From UHGV virus genome UHGV-1366990: 64,000 bases of DNA. One strand, written 5' to 3'. Each line of letters starts with the position of its first letter. Within the stretch, counting starts at the first letter, position 1. Positions 18,814 through 27,632 of this stretch are shown piece after piece. The stretch comes from a virus. The position numbers and the translations under genes are program-made. The notes below the pieces were generated by a model. That model was not told the DNA's origin, ran no database searches, and was given only the letters and a program-made list of their open reading frames with translations.

Positions 18814-19482
18814 ATGATGAAACTGTTGCGTGAGATCACTGCGATAGGGAAAGACCTTCAGATTGGTGAAGCGGCCACGGCTACTGGCGGCAAAGCCATG
18901 TACATCGAAGGTCCATTCGTGATGTGTAACCAGGTGAACCGTAATGGTCGCAACTACGATCTCCAAAAGGTGGGTATCCCTGCTGTCGAAGCATACGACA
19001 AAGAGTATATCCAGGATCGTCGTGCAATCGGTGAACTCAAGCATCCGGATTATCCTTTCCCCGATATCGAACACGCTGCACTCAAAACCGAATCTTTGCG
19101 CTGGGAAGGCACCAACGCTATCGGTCGAGCGCGGATCCTGAATACACCGAAAGGTCAGATCATTCGTGCTCTGGCTGAAGCAGACTTCAACCTGGCCGTG
19201 TCTACACGTGGCCTTGGTGAGACCAAGTCAGTGAACGGCTATGATGACGTTCAACCCGGCTTTATGCTCACTGCTGTTGATGCAGTCGACCGTCCTTCTG
19301 GACAAGTTTGTTATGTAAAGGCTGTGAGCGAATCTGTGGAATGGCAGCTTGATGAATCTTCAGGAATTTGGGTTCCTAAGGACATTAAGGGGCATGTGGT
19401 CGATTCATTGGTGAAAACCAATATTCAGTTAGAAGACGACTTCCTGCGCCGCCTCGATATCGCATTGAAACATCTGGGCTGA
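18814..19482 (+). CDS. prohead core protease (T4 gp21-like)
   Basis: YIEGPFV...NRNGRNY, GELKHP and GRARI...STRGLG align with recalled T4 gp21; AAGGAG Shine-Dalgarno. Confidence 0.85.
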   Translation: MMKLLREITAIGKDLQIGEAATATGGKAMYIEGPFVMCNQVNRNGRNYDLQKVGIPAVEAYDKEYIQDRRAIGELKHPDYPFPDIEHAALKTESLRWEGTNAIGRARILNTPKGQIIRALAEADFNLAVSTRGLGETKSVNGYDDVQPGFMLTAVDAVDRPSGQVCYVKAVSESVEWQLDESSGIWVPKDIKGHVVDSLVKTNIQLEDDFLRRLDIALKHLG

Positions 19483-19490
19483 ATTCAGCC

Positions 19491-19501
19491 TCACTAAATA
19501 C
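19491..19501 (+). promoter_or_regulatory. late-promoter-like motif TCACTAAATAC
   Basis: Follows the 14-nt perfect palindrome GGCTGAATTCAGCC; 27 nt upstream of the scaffold ATG. Confidence 0.45.
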
Positions 19502-19527
19502 TGAAAATCGTTCAGAAGGAAACAATC

Positions 19528-20382
19528 ATGAAACCTGAATTGCAAAAACTGTTTGAGGGCGTTAACGGCCTCAGCACCGACTTCCTGGATAAAGTGTCTG
19601 GTCTGCTGGAATCTAAAGTAGAAGCCGCTCGCCTGACCGCTATTCAAGAAACCGAAAACGCTGCCAATATTGAGCGCCTGCGTCTGGTTGAAGCTCATCA
19701 GGCTGAGATTGCTCAGCTGAAAGAGTCTCACTTGATGGAAATCGCGACCAAAGTCGATGGCTTCCTGAATGCTGTTGTAGAAGAGTGGGCTAACAAGAAC
19801 GCTCCTGCAATCGATGCTCAGATCAAACGTGAAGCGGCTGAAAATCTGCTGACTGGCCTGACTGGTGTTCTGAAAGAAGCTGGTATCAACTTTGCCACCG
19901 ACGAAAACGGCCAGATCGCTGCGCTGACTGCCCGCCTGACCGAAGCAGAACGACGTGCTGCGATTGCCGAAAGCGAAAACCGTCAAATCAAAGAAGCCGC
20001 GAATGCGACTCTGCGTGACTCTGTGATCGCCCGTATCTGTGAAGGTATGGTCGACACCAAGAAAGCAACGGTTGTCAATCTGCTGGAAGCTGTGCAGTTC
20101 ACCACCGAAAGCGAATTCGCTTCCCGCGTACACACCTTCCGCAACCTGGTAGAAGGTAAGTCCGTGAAGAAAGAAGGCGATGACGATGACGATGACTTCC
20201 AGGACAAAGTCGGCGGAAAAGACGGCGATGACGACAACAAAGATGTTAAAGTCGAAGAAGGCAAAAAGTCTAAGAAAGAAGGCGATGAAGATGACGATGA
20301 AGATGAAACAGACAAAGAGCTGAAAGAATCTATCAAGCGTCAGTTAGCCGACTATAATCGTCGCTTCGGCATCAACGGCTAA
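19528..20382 (+). CDS. prohead scaffold protein (gp22 position)
   Basis: Ala/Glu-rich with poly-Asp/Glu tail (KEGDDDDDDF...DEDDDEDE); synteny. Confidence 0.7.
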   Translation: MKPELQKLFEGVNGLSTDFLDKVSGLLESKVEAARLTAIQETENAANIERLRLVEAHQAEIAQLKESHLMEIATKVDGFLNAVVEEWANKNAPAIDAQIKREAAENLLTGLTGVLKEAGINFATDENGQIAALTARLTEAERRAAIAESENRQIKEAANATLRDSVIARICEGMVDTKKATVVNLLEAVQFTTESEFASRVHTFRNLVEGKSVKKEGDDDDDDFQDKVGGKDGDDDNKDVKVEEGKKSKKEGDEDDDEDETDKELKESIKRQLADYNRRFGING

Positions 20383-20395
20383 TTTTAGCAGCCAC

Positions 20396-20419
20396 AGCCC
20401 TCGAAAGGGGGCTTGATTT
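20396..20419 (+). terminator. GNRA-loop hairpin AGCCCTC-GAAA-GGGGGCT + TGATTTT (attenuator-like)
   Basis: 7-bp stem with one GU pair between the scaffold and capsid genes. Confidence 0.35.
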
Positions 20420-20473
20420 TGAACTACTAAGTAATTTCAACTTAACTGAATATCAATGTAAGGAATGACCATC

Positions 20474-21796
20474 ATGGCTAAGAAACTTGTTACCGAACAA
20501 ATGCGCGAGCAGTGGCTGCCAGTTCTTCAGAAAGAATCTGAAAGCATCCAGCCGCTTTCTGCCGAAAACGTTGCCGTCCGTCTGCTGCAAAACCAGGCTG
20601 AGTGGAACGCCAAAAACCTGGGCGAATCCGACGCTCCTGGCTCCGTGAACGCCTCTGTGGGCAAATGGCAGCCAGTCCTGATCGACATGGCCAAACGTCT
20701 GGCTCCGGTCAACATCGCGATGGACTTCTTCGGTGTTCAGCCGCTGTCTGGTCCTGACGGTCAGATCTTCGCACTGCGTGCTCGCCAGGGCGTTGCAGAC
20801 GGCTCCAACACTGCCCAGTCCCGCGCTGAGCTGTTCATGAACGAAGCCAACTCCGGTTACTCCGGTGACGACACTGCACAGGCTGGCGACCCATCTGGCT
20901 TCTCCCAGACTGAGATCGAAGGTTCCGGCGCTGCTACCACCACCATCGGTAAAGGTATGTCAACTGCCGACGCTGAACTGCTGGGCACCACCACCAACCC
21001 ATGGGCACGTGTTGGTATCACCGTTCAGAAAGCAACCGTGACTGCGAAGTCTCGCGGCCTGTACGCTGACTACAGCCACGAACTGCGCCAGGACATGATG
21101 GCGATCCACGGCGAAGACGTTGACAGCATCCTGTCCGACGTGATGGTAACTGAAATTCAGGCAGAGATGAACCGTGAGTTTATCCGCACCATGAACTTCA
21201 GCGCAGTACGCTTCAAAAAATTCGGCACCAACGGTATCGTAGACATCTCCACTGACATCTCCGGTCGTTGGGCGCTGGAAAAATGGAAGTACATGACTTT
21301 CATGCTGGAAGTTGAAGCGAACGGCATCGGTGTTGACACCCGTCGTGGTAAAGGCAACCGTGTTCTGTGTTCTCCGAACGTAGCGTCTGCCCTGGCGATG
21401 TCCGGCATGCTGGATTATGCTCCGGCACTGCAGGAAAACACCAAGCTGGCGATTGATCCGACTGGCCAGACCTTCGCTGGTGTGCTGTCTAACGGTATGC
21501 GTGTCTACATCGACCCGTATGCAGTAGCAGAATACATCACCCTGGCATACAAAGGCGCAACCGCGCTGGACGCTGGTATCTTCTTCGCACCGTATGTGCC
21601 GCTGGAAATGTACCGCACCCAGGGTGAAACCACCTTCGCACCACGTATGGCGTTCAAGACCCGCTACGGGATTTGTGCTAACCCATTCGTTCAGATCCCA
21701 GCGAACCAGGATCCACAGGTCTATGTGACTGCGGATGGTATCGCCAAGGACACCAACGTGTACTTCCGTAAAGGGCTGATCAAAGGCCTGTTCTAA
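20474..21796 (+). CDS. major capsid protein (T4 gp23-like)
   Basis: FGVQPLSGPDGQIFALRA, AGVLSNGMRVYIDPYA, FKTRYGI align with recalled T4 gp23; ATG at 20474 with AAGGA (20465 is an alternative start). Confidence 0.9.
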   Translation: MAKKLVTEQMREQWLPVLQKESESIQPLSAENVAVRLLQNQAEWNAKNLGESDAPGSVNASVGKWQPVLIDMAKRLAPVNIAMDFFGVQPLSGPDGQIFALRARQGVADGSNTAQSRAELFMNEANSGYSGDDTAQAGDPSGFSQTEIEGSGAATTTIGKGMSTADAELLGTTTNPWARVGITVQKATVTAKSRGLYADYSHELRQDMMAIHGEDVDSILSDVMVTEIQAEMNREFIRTMNFSAVRFKKFGTNGIVDISTDISGRWALEKWKYMTFMLEVEANGIGVDTRRGKGNRVLCSPNVASALAMSGMLDYAPALQENTKLAIDPTGQTFAGVLSNGMRVYIDPYAVAEYITLAYKGATALDAGIFFAPYVPLEMYRTQGETTFAPRMAFKTRYGICANPFVQIPANQDPQVYVTADGIAKDTNVYFRKGLIKGLF

Positions 21797-21823
21797 TCGA
21801 ACAGTTGTCCTTAACCCTGACAA

Positions 21824-21848
21824 ACCCCGCTTCGGCGGGGTTTTTATT
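21824..21848 (+). terminator. rho-independent terminator CCCCGC-TTCG-GCGGGG-TTTTT
   Basis: Same hairpin type as at 15082; directly after the capsid gene. Confidence 0.75.
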
Positions 21849-21900
21849 TGTTCATATTATCGAACAGGTTATACTAGATACCATATGGAGGAGAATAATT

Positions 21901-23373
21901 ATGTATCAGGTAATCTGTAGTGTCTGCCATGAACAGTTCAAAGCATCCAGGAAAGATAAGAAATTTTGTTCAGATGCTTGCAAGACCTTCGCATCGAACA
22001 CCCTAAAGAACCTCCCGGAAGGTTTCCTTGAAGCAGTGAATGAATTGTCTGACGAGGAATCATATCGCCAATTTTTCTACAAATATATGTTTACCAAGAA
22101 CAACAAATTGGATATCCAAAAATGCAAATCTGAACTGCTTATGAAGCACATCAATGTAGACCTTTTAGCGTTCGCCAATACCCACAACACCCTACAAGAT
22201 TTGGCTTGTAAAGTCACAGCTTGGCTGTACAATAGAACCGTGAAAATATGCCCGGTGTGTTCCAAGGAAACCAACTTTTATATCAATAATAAAGATTACA
22301 GAACATATTGTTCTGAAGAATGTTATCAGGTTTCTATGTGTAAAGGTGGGATTGGTCGGAAAGCCATAGAGACTTCGAATATATCCAAATACGGGAGCTG
22401 CTCCACACTACAATTACCTGGTGTGAGGGAGAAGGCGTTGGCAACGTTACAAGAACGTTATGGTGTTGACAACCCTATGAAAAACTCGAACATACTAAAA
22501 CGTGCGTTGTTCAGCAATGGTTCTATCAGGAACAAGAAATCTTCTTATGAAAAGGAAATATCCGAGTTTCTCACCTCAATGGGAGTTGTAAACACTGTTT
22601 CTGATTACAGTATATTATCCGGTAAACAACTGGATATCTATTGCCCTGAACACAAATTGGCGATTGAATTTAATGGTCTGTACTGGCATTCAGAAGTTTT
22701 TAAAGAGAAACATTATCACCTGGAAAAGACTGAAATATGTGAATCTCAGGGTATCCAGTTGGTCCACATCTGGGAAGATGAATGGGTTGAGAAACAGGAA
22801 GTGGTCAAATCTCTTCTGAAAGCTAAACTTGGCATTAAAACGCCTGCGTCATATGCTCGCCAACACAAAGTCGTTTGGGGGAATATAAGCGGCTTGAGGG
22901 AGTTTTTAGACAACCACCACATACAAGGTTCCGTTTCTTCCACCCACCATTTATCGTTAATTGACAAGAGTGGGGTCATACAAGCCGTGATGCTATTCAC
23001 TAAAAGGAAAGATGGCCTGGAATTAGTCAGATTTGCCTCTAATGATTGCCACGGAGCATTCAGTAAACTTCTTTCACACTTCAGAAGAAAATTTGCCGGC
23101 ACCAAAATCTATTCCTTTGGGGATAGGTGTGTTGTAAGCAGGTTGTCCAACATTTACCTATCCCACGGATTCGTAGAAGAGGAAGTACAGAAGCCAGACT
23201 ACAAATATCACAAGCCTGGCACATTTATGCGTGAGCACAAATTCGGTTTCAGAAAAGGTTCATTTGCTCGCATGGGGTATGACGTAGAAGGCAAAACAGA
23301 AAGCCAGTTAGCAACCGAAGCCGGGCTGGTCAGGATTTGGAATTGTGGACTGATCAAATATGTCTTGAACTAA
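21901..23373 (+). CDS. freestanding homing endonuclease, Vsr-like PD-(D/E)xK type with N-terminal zinc ribbons
   Basis: Repeated CxxC pairs at the N-terminus; core LDIYCPEHKLAIEFNGLYWH matches the Vsr/DUF559-type signature; GGAGGAG Shine-Dalgarno; inserted after the capsid gene. Confidence 0.6.
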   Translation: MYQVICSVCHEQFKASRKDKKFCSDACKTFASNTLKNLPEGFLEAVNELSDEESYRQFFYKYMFTKNNKLDIQKCKSELLMKHINVDLLAFANTHNTLQDLACKVTAWLYNRTVKICPVCSKETNFYINNKDYRTYCSEECYQVSMCKGGIGRKAIETSNISKYGSCSTLQLPGVREKALATLQERYGVDNPMKNSNILKRALFSNGSIRNKKSSYEKEISEFLTSMGVVNTVSDYSILSGKQLDIYCPEHKLAIEFNGLYWHSEVFKEKHYHLEKTEICESQGIQLVHIWEDEWVEKQEVVKSLLKAKLGIKTPASYARQHKVVWGNISGLREFLDNHHIQGSVSSTHHLSLIDKSGVIQAVMLFTKRKDGLELVRFASNDCHGAFSKLLSHFRRKFAGTKIYSFGDRCVVSRLSNIYLSHGFVEEEVQKPDYKYHKPGTFMREHKFGFRKGSFARMGYDVEGKTESQLATEAGLVRIWNCGLIKYVLN

Positions 23374-23436
23374 AAGAACATTTCAATAACGGGGCGAGAG
23401 GTATTATTGCCCCGTCTACTATCCGAGGGTTGTACC

Positions 23437-23661
23437 ATGTACCTGAAAAAGACTGTGAAGAAGCCGAAAGGTGATGTTGTCGAGGTGTGCCTTATTGAGG
23501 CTTATGTTGACTCCTGGAATAACGAGCAGCGCTACTTCATGGTCAACACATTGGTGTATGTGCCAGCCTCTCACTTGAACCGTGATTTCATCACAACCGA
23601 GAACATCGTCCGCTGGGAGATTGCAACGCAGTCCGATATCGACGAACACAACATTCTTTGA
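23437..23661 (+). CDS. hypothetical protein (74 aa)
   Basis: Internal ATG of ORF 23407..23661 with GAGGG upstream. Confidence 0.4.
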   Translation: MYLKKTVKKPKGDVVEVCLIEAYVDSWNNEQRYFMVNTLVYVPASHLNRDFITTENIVRWEIATQSDIDEHNIL

Positions 23662-23678
23662 AAGGAAGAATCTATATC

Positions 23679-24122
23679 ATGTGTGATAAGAATTTCATTT
23701 TCATTAGTCCCGCCAAGAAACAGTTCTTCCATAGCTCCGTTGGGGACAAGGTGGAAGGTTTCCGTAAACTCAAAGATTATCGCCTGGCATGCGGTGATGT
23801 TGATTTTCAGAGCTTCGACAATGATCGCCAGGATTTGAACGATGAGGGTTGGACAGAAGTTCCATCCCCACAGTTTATCGACGTCAAGCTGTACTACATG
23901 AAGGACAGTGGGAAGTATTATTCAGAGGGTGTGATCAAAATCAACCGTGGGGAGGCCGAGGCCGAACCTGCTAAGTCCTGGATGGAGACTATGGATAAAA
24001 TCCGCTATCTGCTTGACTCAGGCAATTTGCCTGGTTTGGTTAAAGGTGCCCGGTATGAGGTCTTCGTGACCGGAGAAGGGCATCCAGGTGGGTATCCGGC
24101 GGTATTCCGCGTTAACAACTGA
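23679..24122 (+). CDS. hypothetical early protein (147 aa)
   Basis: ATG in the conserved AAGGAAGAATCTATATCATG start region. Confidence 0.55.
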   Translation: MCDKNFIFISPAKKQFFHSSVGDKVEGFRKLKDYRLACGDVDFQSFDNDRQDLNDEGWTEVPSPQFIDVKLYYMKDSGKYYSEGVIKINRGEAEAEPAKSWMETMDKIRYLLDSGNLPGLVKGARYEVFVTGEGHPGGYPAVFRVNN

Positions 24123-24130
24123 GGTCAAAC

Positions 24131-24367
24131 ATGATTATCAAAAAGATCGGCGCAAGTCCTCTCACTGGTACTATATTCCAGGGCAGGTTGAACACCAAAA
24201 CCAGCATGTGGGTTGGTGAGAAGACCGACGTGACAGATGACTGCGTGGCAGCTGTAGCTGAACACTTGCGTCACATCAAGAAAGACTATTGCTTCCCAAC
24301 AACGGATGGTAAGTTTCTGGTGCTGAGCGCCGAGGTTCACGACACCCTTCCTGATCGCTTCAAATAA
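24131..24367 (+). CDS. hypothetical protein (78 aa)
   Basis: ORF with GAGG Shine-Dalgarno. Confidence 0.5.
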   Translation: MIIKKIGASPLTGTIFQGRLNTKTSMWVGEKTDVTDDCVAAVAEHLRHIKKDYCFPTTDGKFLVLSAEVHDTLPDRFK

Positions 24368-24393
24368 ATTTTAAATTTATTCAATAAACGGGG

Positions 24394-24421
24394 TTTACTT
24401 CTTCAATAAACCCCGTATACT
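24394..24421 (+). promoter_or_regulatory. sigma70-like early promoter (TTTACT-16 nt-TATACT) inside a hairpin cassette
   Basis: The -35 lies in the loop of ACGGGGT...ACCCCGT; same architecture as the cassettes at 15132 and 58291. Confidence 0.5.
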
Positions 24422-24470
24422 TCATTCCATAAGCAGCACAACACTGACTCTGAAATGAAGGAACTATATC

Positions 24471-24788
24471 ATGAACACTCCAAAAATCTCTATCTGGGCT
24501 TTCGACGAATTCACCGCATTTGACGCTCTGATTGCTACTCTGGGTTGTGCTCCTCAGGAAGCGGAAGACGATTACTCCCGCACTAACAAAGTCAAGATGG
24601 TGAACACCACTCACGATTTCAAACACGACCTGAACTCCTTCTTGGACGTTTTGGCTACCACCCTGCCAGAAGCTGACATGGCAACTGTGCGCGGCTCTAT
24701 CTTTAAGAAGAACGGCGAAATGCGCAAGTTAGCGGGTAAAGAAGTGAAATTCGCCGCCGACGGTTTCTTCATCACCATTGAATTCTGA
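24471..24788 (+). CDS. hypothetical early protein (105 aa)
   Basis: ATG in the conserved GAAGGAACTATATCATG start region. Confidence 0.55.
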   Translation: MNTPKISIWAFDEFTAFDALIATLGCAPQEAEDDYSRTNKVKMVNTTHDFKHDLNSFLDVLATTLPEADMATVRGSIFKKNGEMRKLAGKEVKFAADGFFITIEF

Positions 24789-24802
24789 TTGAGGTGCACA
24801 CC

Positions 24803-25132
24803 ATGACTTTTAAAGGCTTTGTAGCATTCGACGCAACCAAAACCAACGTGCTGAGCAATCCGCAGCTGGAAACCATCTCTGAAATGCGCCAGTGGGTGAT
24901 GGGGATCACTGGCCATCAAACCCGCAAAGATCTTGAAGCGGAGTTCTATATCGAACCTGCTGAAGTCTTCTTCAATCGCCCTGAAGATGAACCGTTCATC
25001 CGTCAAGACTTGGATGACAATGATATCACTCTCGCGATCTTCTCTGAAGCAAAAGCGGCTATGATCGTGGACGGCCTGTGTGATGAGTCCTTCACATACG
25101 ATGAATACTGCGATCAGTGTCAGGATCTGTGA
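24803..25132 (+). CDS. hypothetical protein (109 aa)
   Basis: First ATG in ORF 24794..25132. Confidence 0.5.
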   Translation: MTFKGFVAFDATKTNVLSNPQLETISEMRQWVMGITGHQTRKDLEAEFYIEPAEVFFNRPEDEPFIRQDLDDNDITLAIFSEAKAAMIVDGLCDESFTYDEYCDQCQDL

Positions 25133-25201
25133 TTTGTTCTAAACCTTTGAACAGGGTATGTTAACCGCATACCCTATCCCCTACAAATAGAGGACTTTAC
25201 C

Positions 25202-25546
25202 ATGGCAGCAGACACCAAACTGAACAAATCCGTGGAGATCCCCCACATCGTCAAATTCGAAAAGCCGAGTGAGCGCAAGCCACGCAAAACGCGCCGCCTG
25301 ACCACCAAACTGGATATTCTGAAACAGAAGTTCGGCGACCACAGCGTGTTCACTCGCATTCGCAATGCAATAAAGGAAGGGCGAACTGAGCTGGAGCTGT
25401 ACCGTCCGAACGGTTCGACACGTGCGTATCAGACCACCGACGGCTTACTGGAACTGATCCGCCTGAGCGGGATGACGATCGAACCTCGTTCGTCAGGCAC
25501 TCCTCTGTGCTCCCTGTACGTAATCGGCAATCTTGGGGCGCTGTGA
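25202..25546 (+). CDS. hypothetical basic protein (114 aa)
   Basis: AGAGGA Shine-Dalgarno; ORF track. Confidence 0.5.
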   Translation: MAADTKLNKSVEIPHIVKFEKPSERKPRKTRRLTTKLDILKQKFGDHSVFTRIRNAIKEGRTELELYRPNGSTRAYQTTDGLLELIRLSGMTIEPRSSGTPLCSLYVIGNLGAL

Positions 25547-25551
25547 GTTCT

Positions 25552-25974
25552 ATGAAGAAGTATATCGTTCTCATTACGGGTTCCCGCTCAATCACCGAGC
25601 GGGATAAGGTATTCGCCAAGCTGGACGAACTCCTCGATCCTCATGAAGTCTATACGTTGATCGAGGGTGAGGCCACGGGTGTCGACACGATTTGCCGTGA
25701 TTGGGCTGAAATCAATTATGTTCATATCACTCCTATGCCAATACCTCCGAGCTATTATGAAAAGTATGGGAAAGGGATGGGCAACAAACGCAATCAGGAC
25801 ATGTTAGACAAGGCATTGGATCTCGTCAGACAGACCAAGCTGGAAGTGTATCCGATTGCGATGTGGGATGGTTCGTCCACTGGCACCCTGGACATGATCA
25901 ACCGTTGCAAGAAAGCTGGCCTCCCTGTGGATATCACTCTAATGGGTAAGCCGAAGACCAAGCGCCTTTTGTAA
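25552..25974 (+). CDS. SLOG/DprA-like Rossmann-fold protein (DUF2493-like)
   Basis: IVLITGSRS...GEATGVD motif pattern typical of the SLOG/DprA-like fold; assignment from memory. Confidence 0.4.
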   Translation: MKKYIVLITGSRSITERDKVFAKLDELLDPHEVYTLIEGEATGVDTICRDWAEINYVHITPMPIPPSYYEKYGKGMGNKRNQDMLDKALDLVRQTKLEVYPIAMWDGSSTGTLDMINRCKKAGLPVDITLMGKPKTKRLL

Positions 25975-26015
25975 CATATCATAAATAATTTGAGTACACA
26001 CAGCGGAGATACATC

Positions 26016-26186
26016 ATGTTTGTCGTCATCAATCTGTTCTGTTACATCTTCACGGCGTACTTCTTGGGCGCGGTAGGGATCGAGACATACAATGATCTGA
26101 AGGATGGGGAATACGCCAACCGAATGGTTTATGTCAAGAAGTTTGTTCGTAAGTTCTGGTCCAACTTCGTTTACAAACTACCATGA
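26016..26186 (+). CDS. small membrane protein (56 aa)
   Basis: GGAG Shine-Dalgarno; one hydrophobic helix; below the ORF-track cutoff. Confidence 0.35.
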   Translation: MFVVINLFCYIFTAYFLGAVGIETYNDLKDGEYANRMVYVKKFVRKFWSNFVYKLP

Positions 26187-26188
26187 TC

Positions 26189-26215
26189 CCTAAATACCCC
26201 CATCATACATGGGGG
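26189..26215 (+). promoter_or_regulatory. late-promoter-like motif CCCTAAATACC fused to hairpin CCCCC-N9-GGGGG
   Basis: Motif overlaps the 5' arm of the hairpin; the GGGGG arm is the only Shine-Dalgarno candidate for the ATG at 26225. Confidence 0.4.
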
Positions 26216-26224
26216 TATTTTCTT

Positions 26225-26953
26225 ATGAACGCACAGATCTATGACGCCCTATCACAGGGCAACGCCTTTACCAATCCTCTCCCGTCCCTCAGCAGCGCCT
26301 CACAGGGGTTAATCACCAGTGGTAAGGCGACTACAGCGTCACTGGCTAACACCGGAAATGCGCAGATTCAGGAAGCGCTGACGGCAGGTGGGTTGACTAC
26401 AGCCAAACTCAACGAATCTACAGCAATGTTCAACTCAGCCAACAACAGCATCACTACTTTGAACAACTATGGCGACCAGTCAGTGAACGAGGCATATTCC
26501 CGCATCGGTACATCTGTGTCGTATAAGTCCGCCCTGAAGTCTATAGGTCGAGAACCGAACAACTGTGATCTGATCAATAATGCATTTGGGATTATTCAGA
26601 ACCTCGGCAAACAGTGGATCAACACCATGCAAAGTGTTCTCACAACTATCACAAACAAGATGAATGAGCTGGCTGAGTTGGTAGCTCAGGGTGTCAGTGC
26701 TGGTCTTGATGCTATTCGGGCACTGGCTGCTGAAGTTACTCAGGCCATCGACACTGCTGTCGCATCAGTAGCCTCTATTGCTCAGGACATCACGAACGGT
26801 ATTGCAGCAGAGTTAGCCCATATCCAAGACATGGTTGGTAAGTGTCTTAACTTCTCTTTTGCCAACGTGATATCAGAGTGGGCGAAAGATATCTGCGCCG
26901 GAGGTGTCATCAACAGCATCGGTTCCGATAATCTGAAGAACGCACTGAAGTAA
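26225..26953 (+). CDS. hypothetical Ser/Thr/Asn/Ala-rich late protein (242 aa)
   Basis: ATG at 26225 downstream of the late motif; low-complexity composition suggests a structural or fibrous protein. Confidence 0.5.
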   Translation: MNAQIYDALSQGNAFTNPLPSLSSASQGLITSGKATTASLANTGNAQIQEALTAGGLTTAKLNESTAMFNSANNSITTLNNYGDQSVNEAYSRIGTSVSYKSALKSIGREPNNCDLINNAFGIIQNLGKQWINTMQSVLTTITNKMNELAELVAQGVSAGLDAIRALAAEVTQAIDTAVASVASIAQDITNGIAAELAHIQDMVGKCLNFSFANVISEWAKDICAGGVINSIGSDNLKNALK

Positions 26954-27361
26954 TCAGTGCTCCCGCGCCGGAAGAACTCCCAATGGTTCGATGCCATCCA
27001 ACAGCAGGGAGTTCACACCCGCATTACTCAGTCTGATCAAGATTGTTCCCCCTGGGTTAACTTCAAAGATGCTCATCCCATTTCCAACCGCGTCGTTGTT
27101 AACGAACACACCCTGAGTTGCGATTCGTACTGGTTTATCTGTGTCATTCATGATCTTGAACGTCACGATTATATCCGATGTTGTACCCAGTCGTCCAACC
27201 ATGCGTTGCTTCAGCTTGGTATAGAATGATGGATTAAAAGTGATAATGATGCTGTTGTTCTGAGAGTAATAAATACTGGCTGAAAGGTATGGAATCTTCC
27301 CTTCATCGCCACGCCGCAGGAGAGGAATTGTGGTCCTCCAGTATGGCTTGAGGGTGCTCAT
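26954..27361 (-). CDS. hypothetical protein (136 aa; start uncertain)
   Basis: Minus frame has protein-like composition across 26954-27300 while + frames there are junk-like; 3' end abuts the convergent + gene. Confidence 0.35.
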   Translation of the reverse strand: MSTLKPYWRTTIPLLRRGDEGKIPYLSASIYYSQNNSIIITFNPSFYTKLKQRMVGRLGTTSDIIVTFKIMNDTDKPVRIATQGVFVNNDAVGNGMSIFEVNPGGTILIRLSNAGVNSLLLDGIEPLGVLPAREH

Positions 27362-27632
27362 GTTCTCATCAAAGCAACCTAAAGGTACGAGCTTCTGGAA
27401 GGGCTGGAACTCTTGCACGATGATGTCCAGCATACCCTTGTTACAAGTGGGAACGCTGGCCGACAACATCACAGGTACGGTGCGCACTTCTGGGGTCCAG
27501 AGTTCGGAAACAGAAATTATTGGCGTGACAAAGATGCGACAGCTCGTAAACAAGAGCATCGAGCATGCCAACAACAATCTACTGATCCCGCGCATCAGGG
27601 TCACAACATATCTCCACAGCAAAGGTGCTATT

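Noticed and set aside
18017-19074. Minus-strand ORFs overlapping the portal, prohead core and protease genes
   Set aside because: Antisense shadows; Arg/Ser/Leu-rich.
20960-21823. 287-aa minus-strand ORF inside the major capsid gene
   Set aside because: Antisense to a gene with clear T4 gp23 homology.
21805-21900. ORF-track start at 21805 for the homing endonuclease
   Set aside because: It would run through the capsid-gene terminator hairpin; the ATG at 21901 has a GGAGGAG Shine-Dalgarno.
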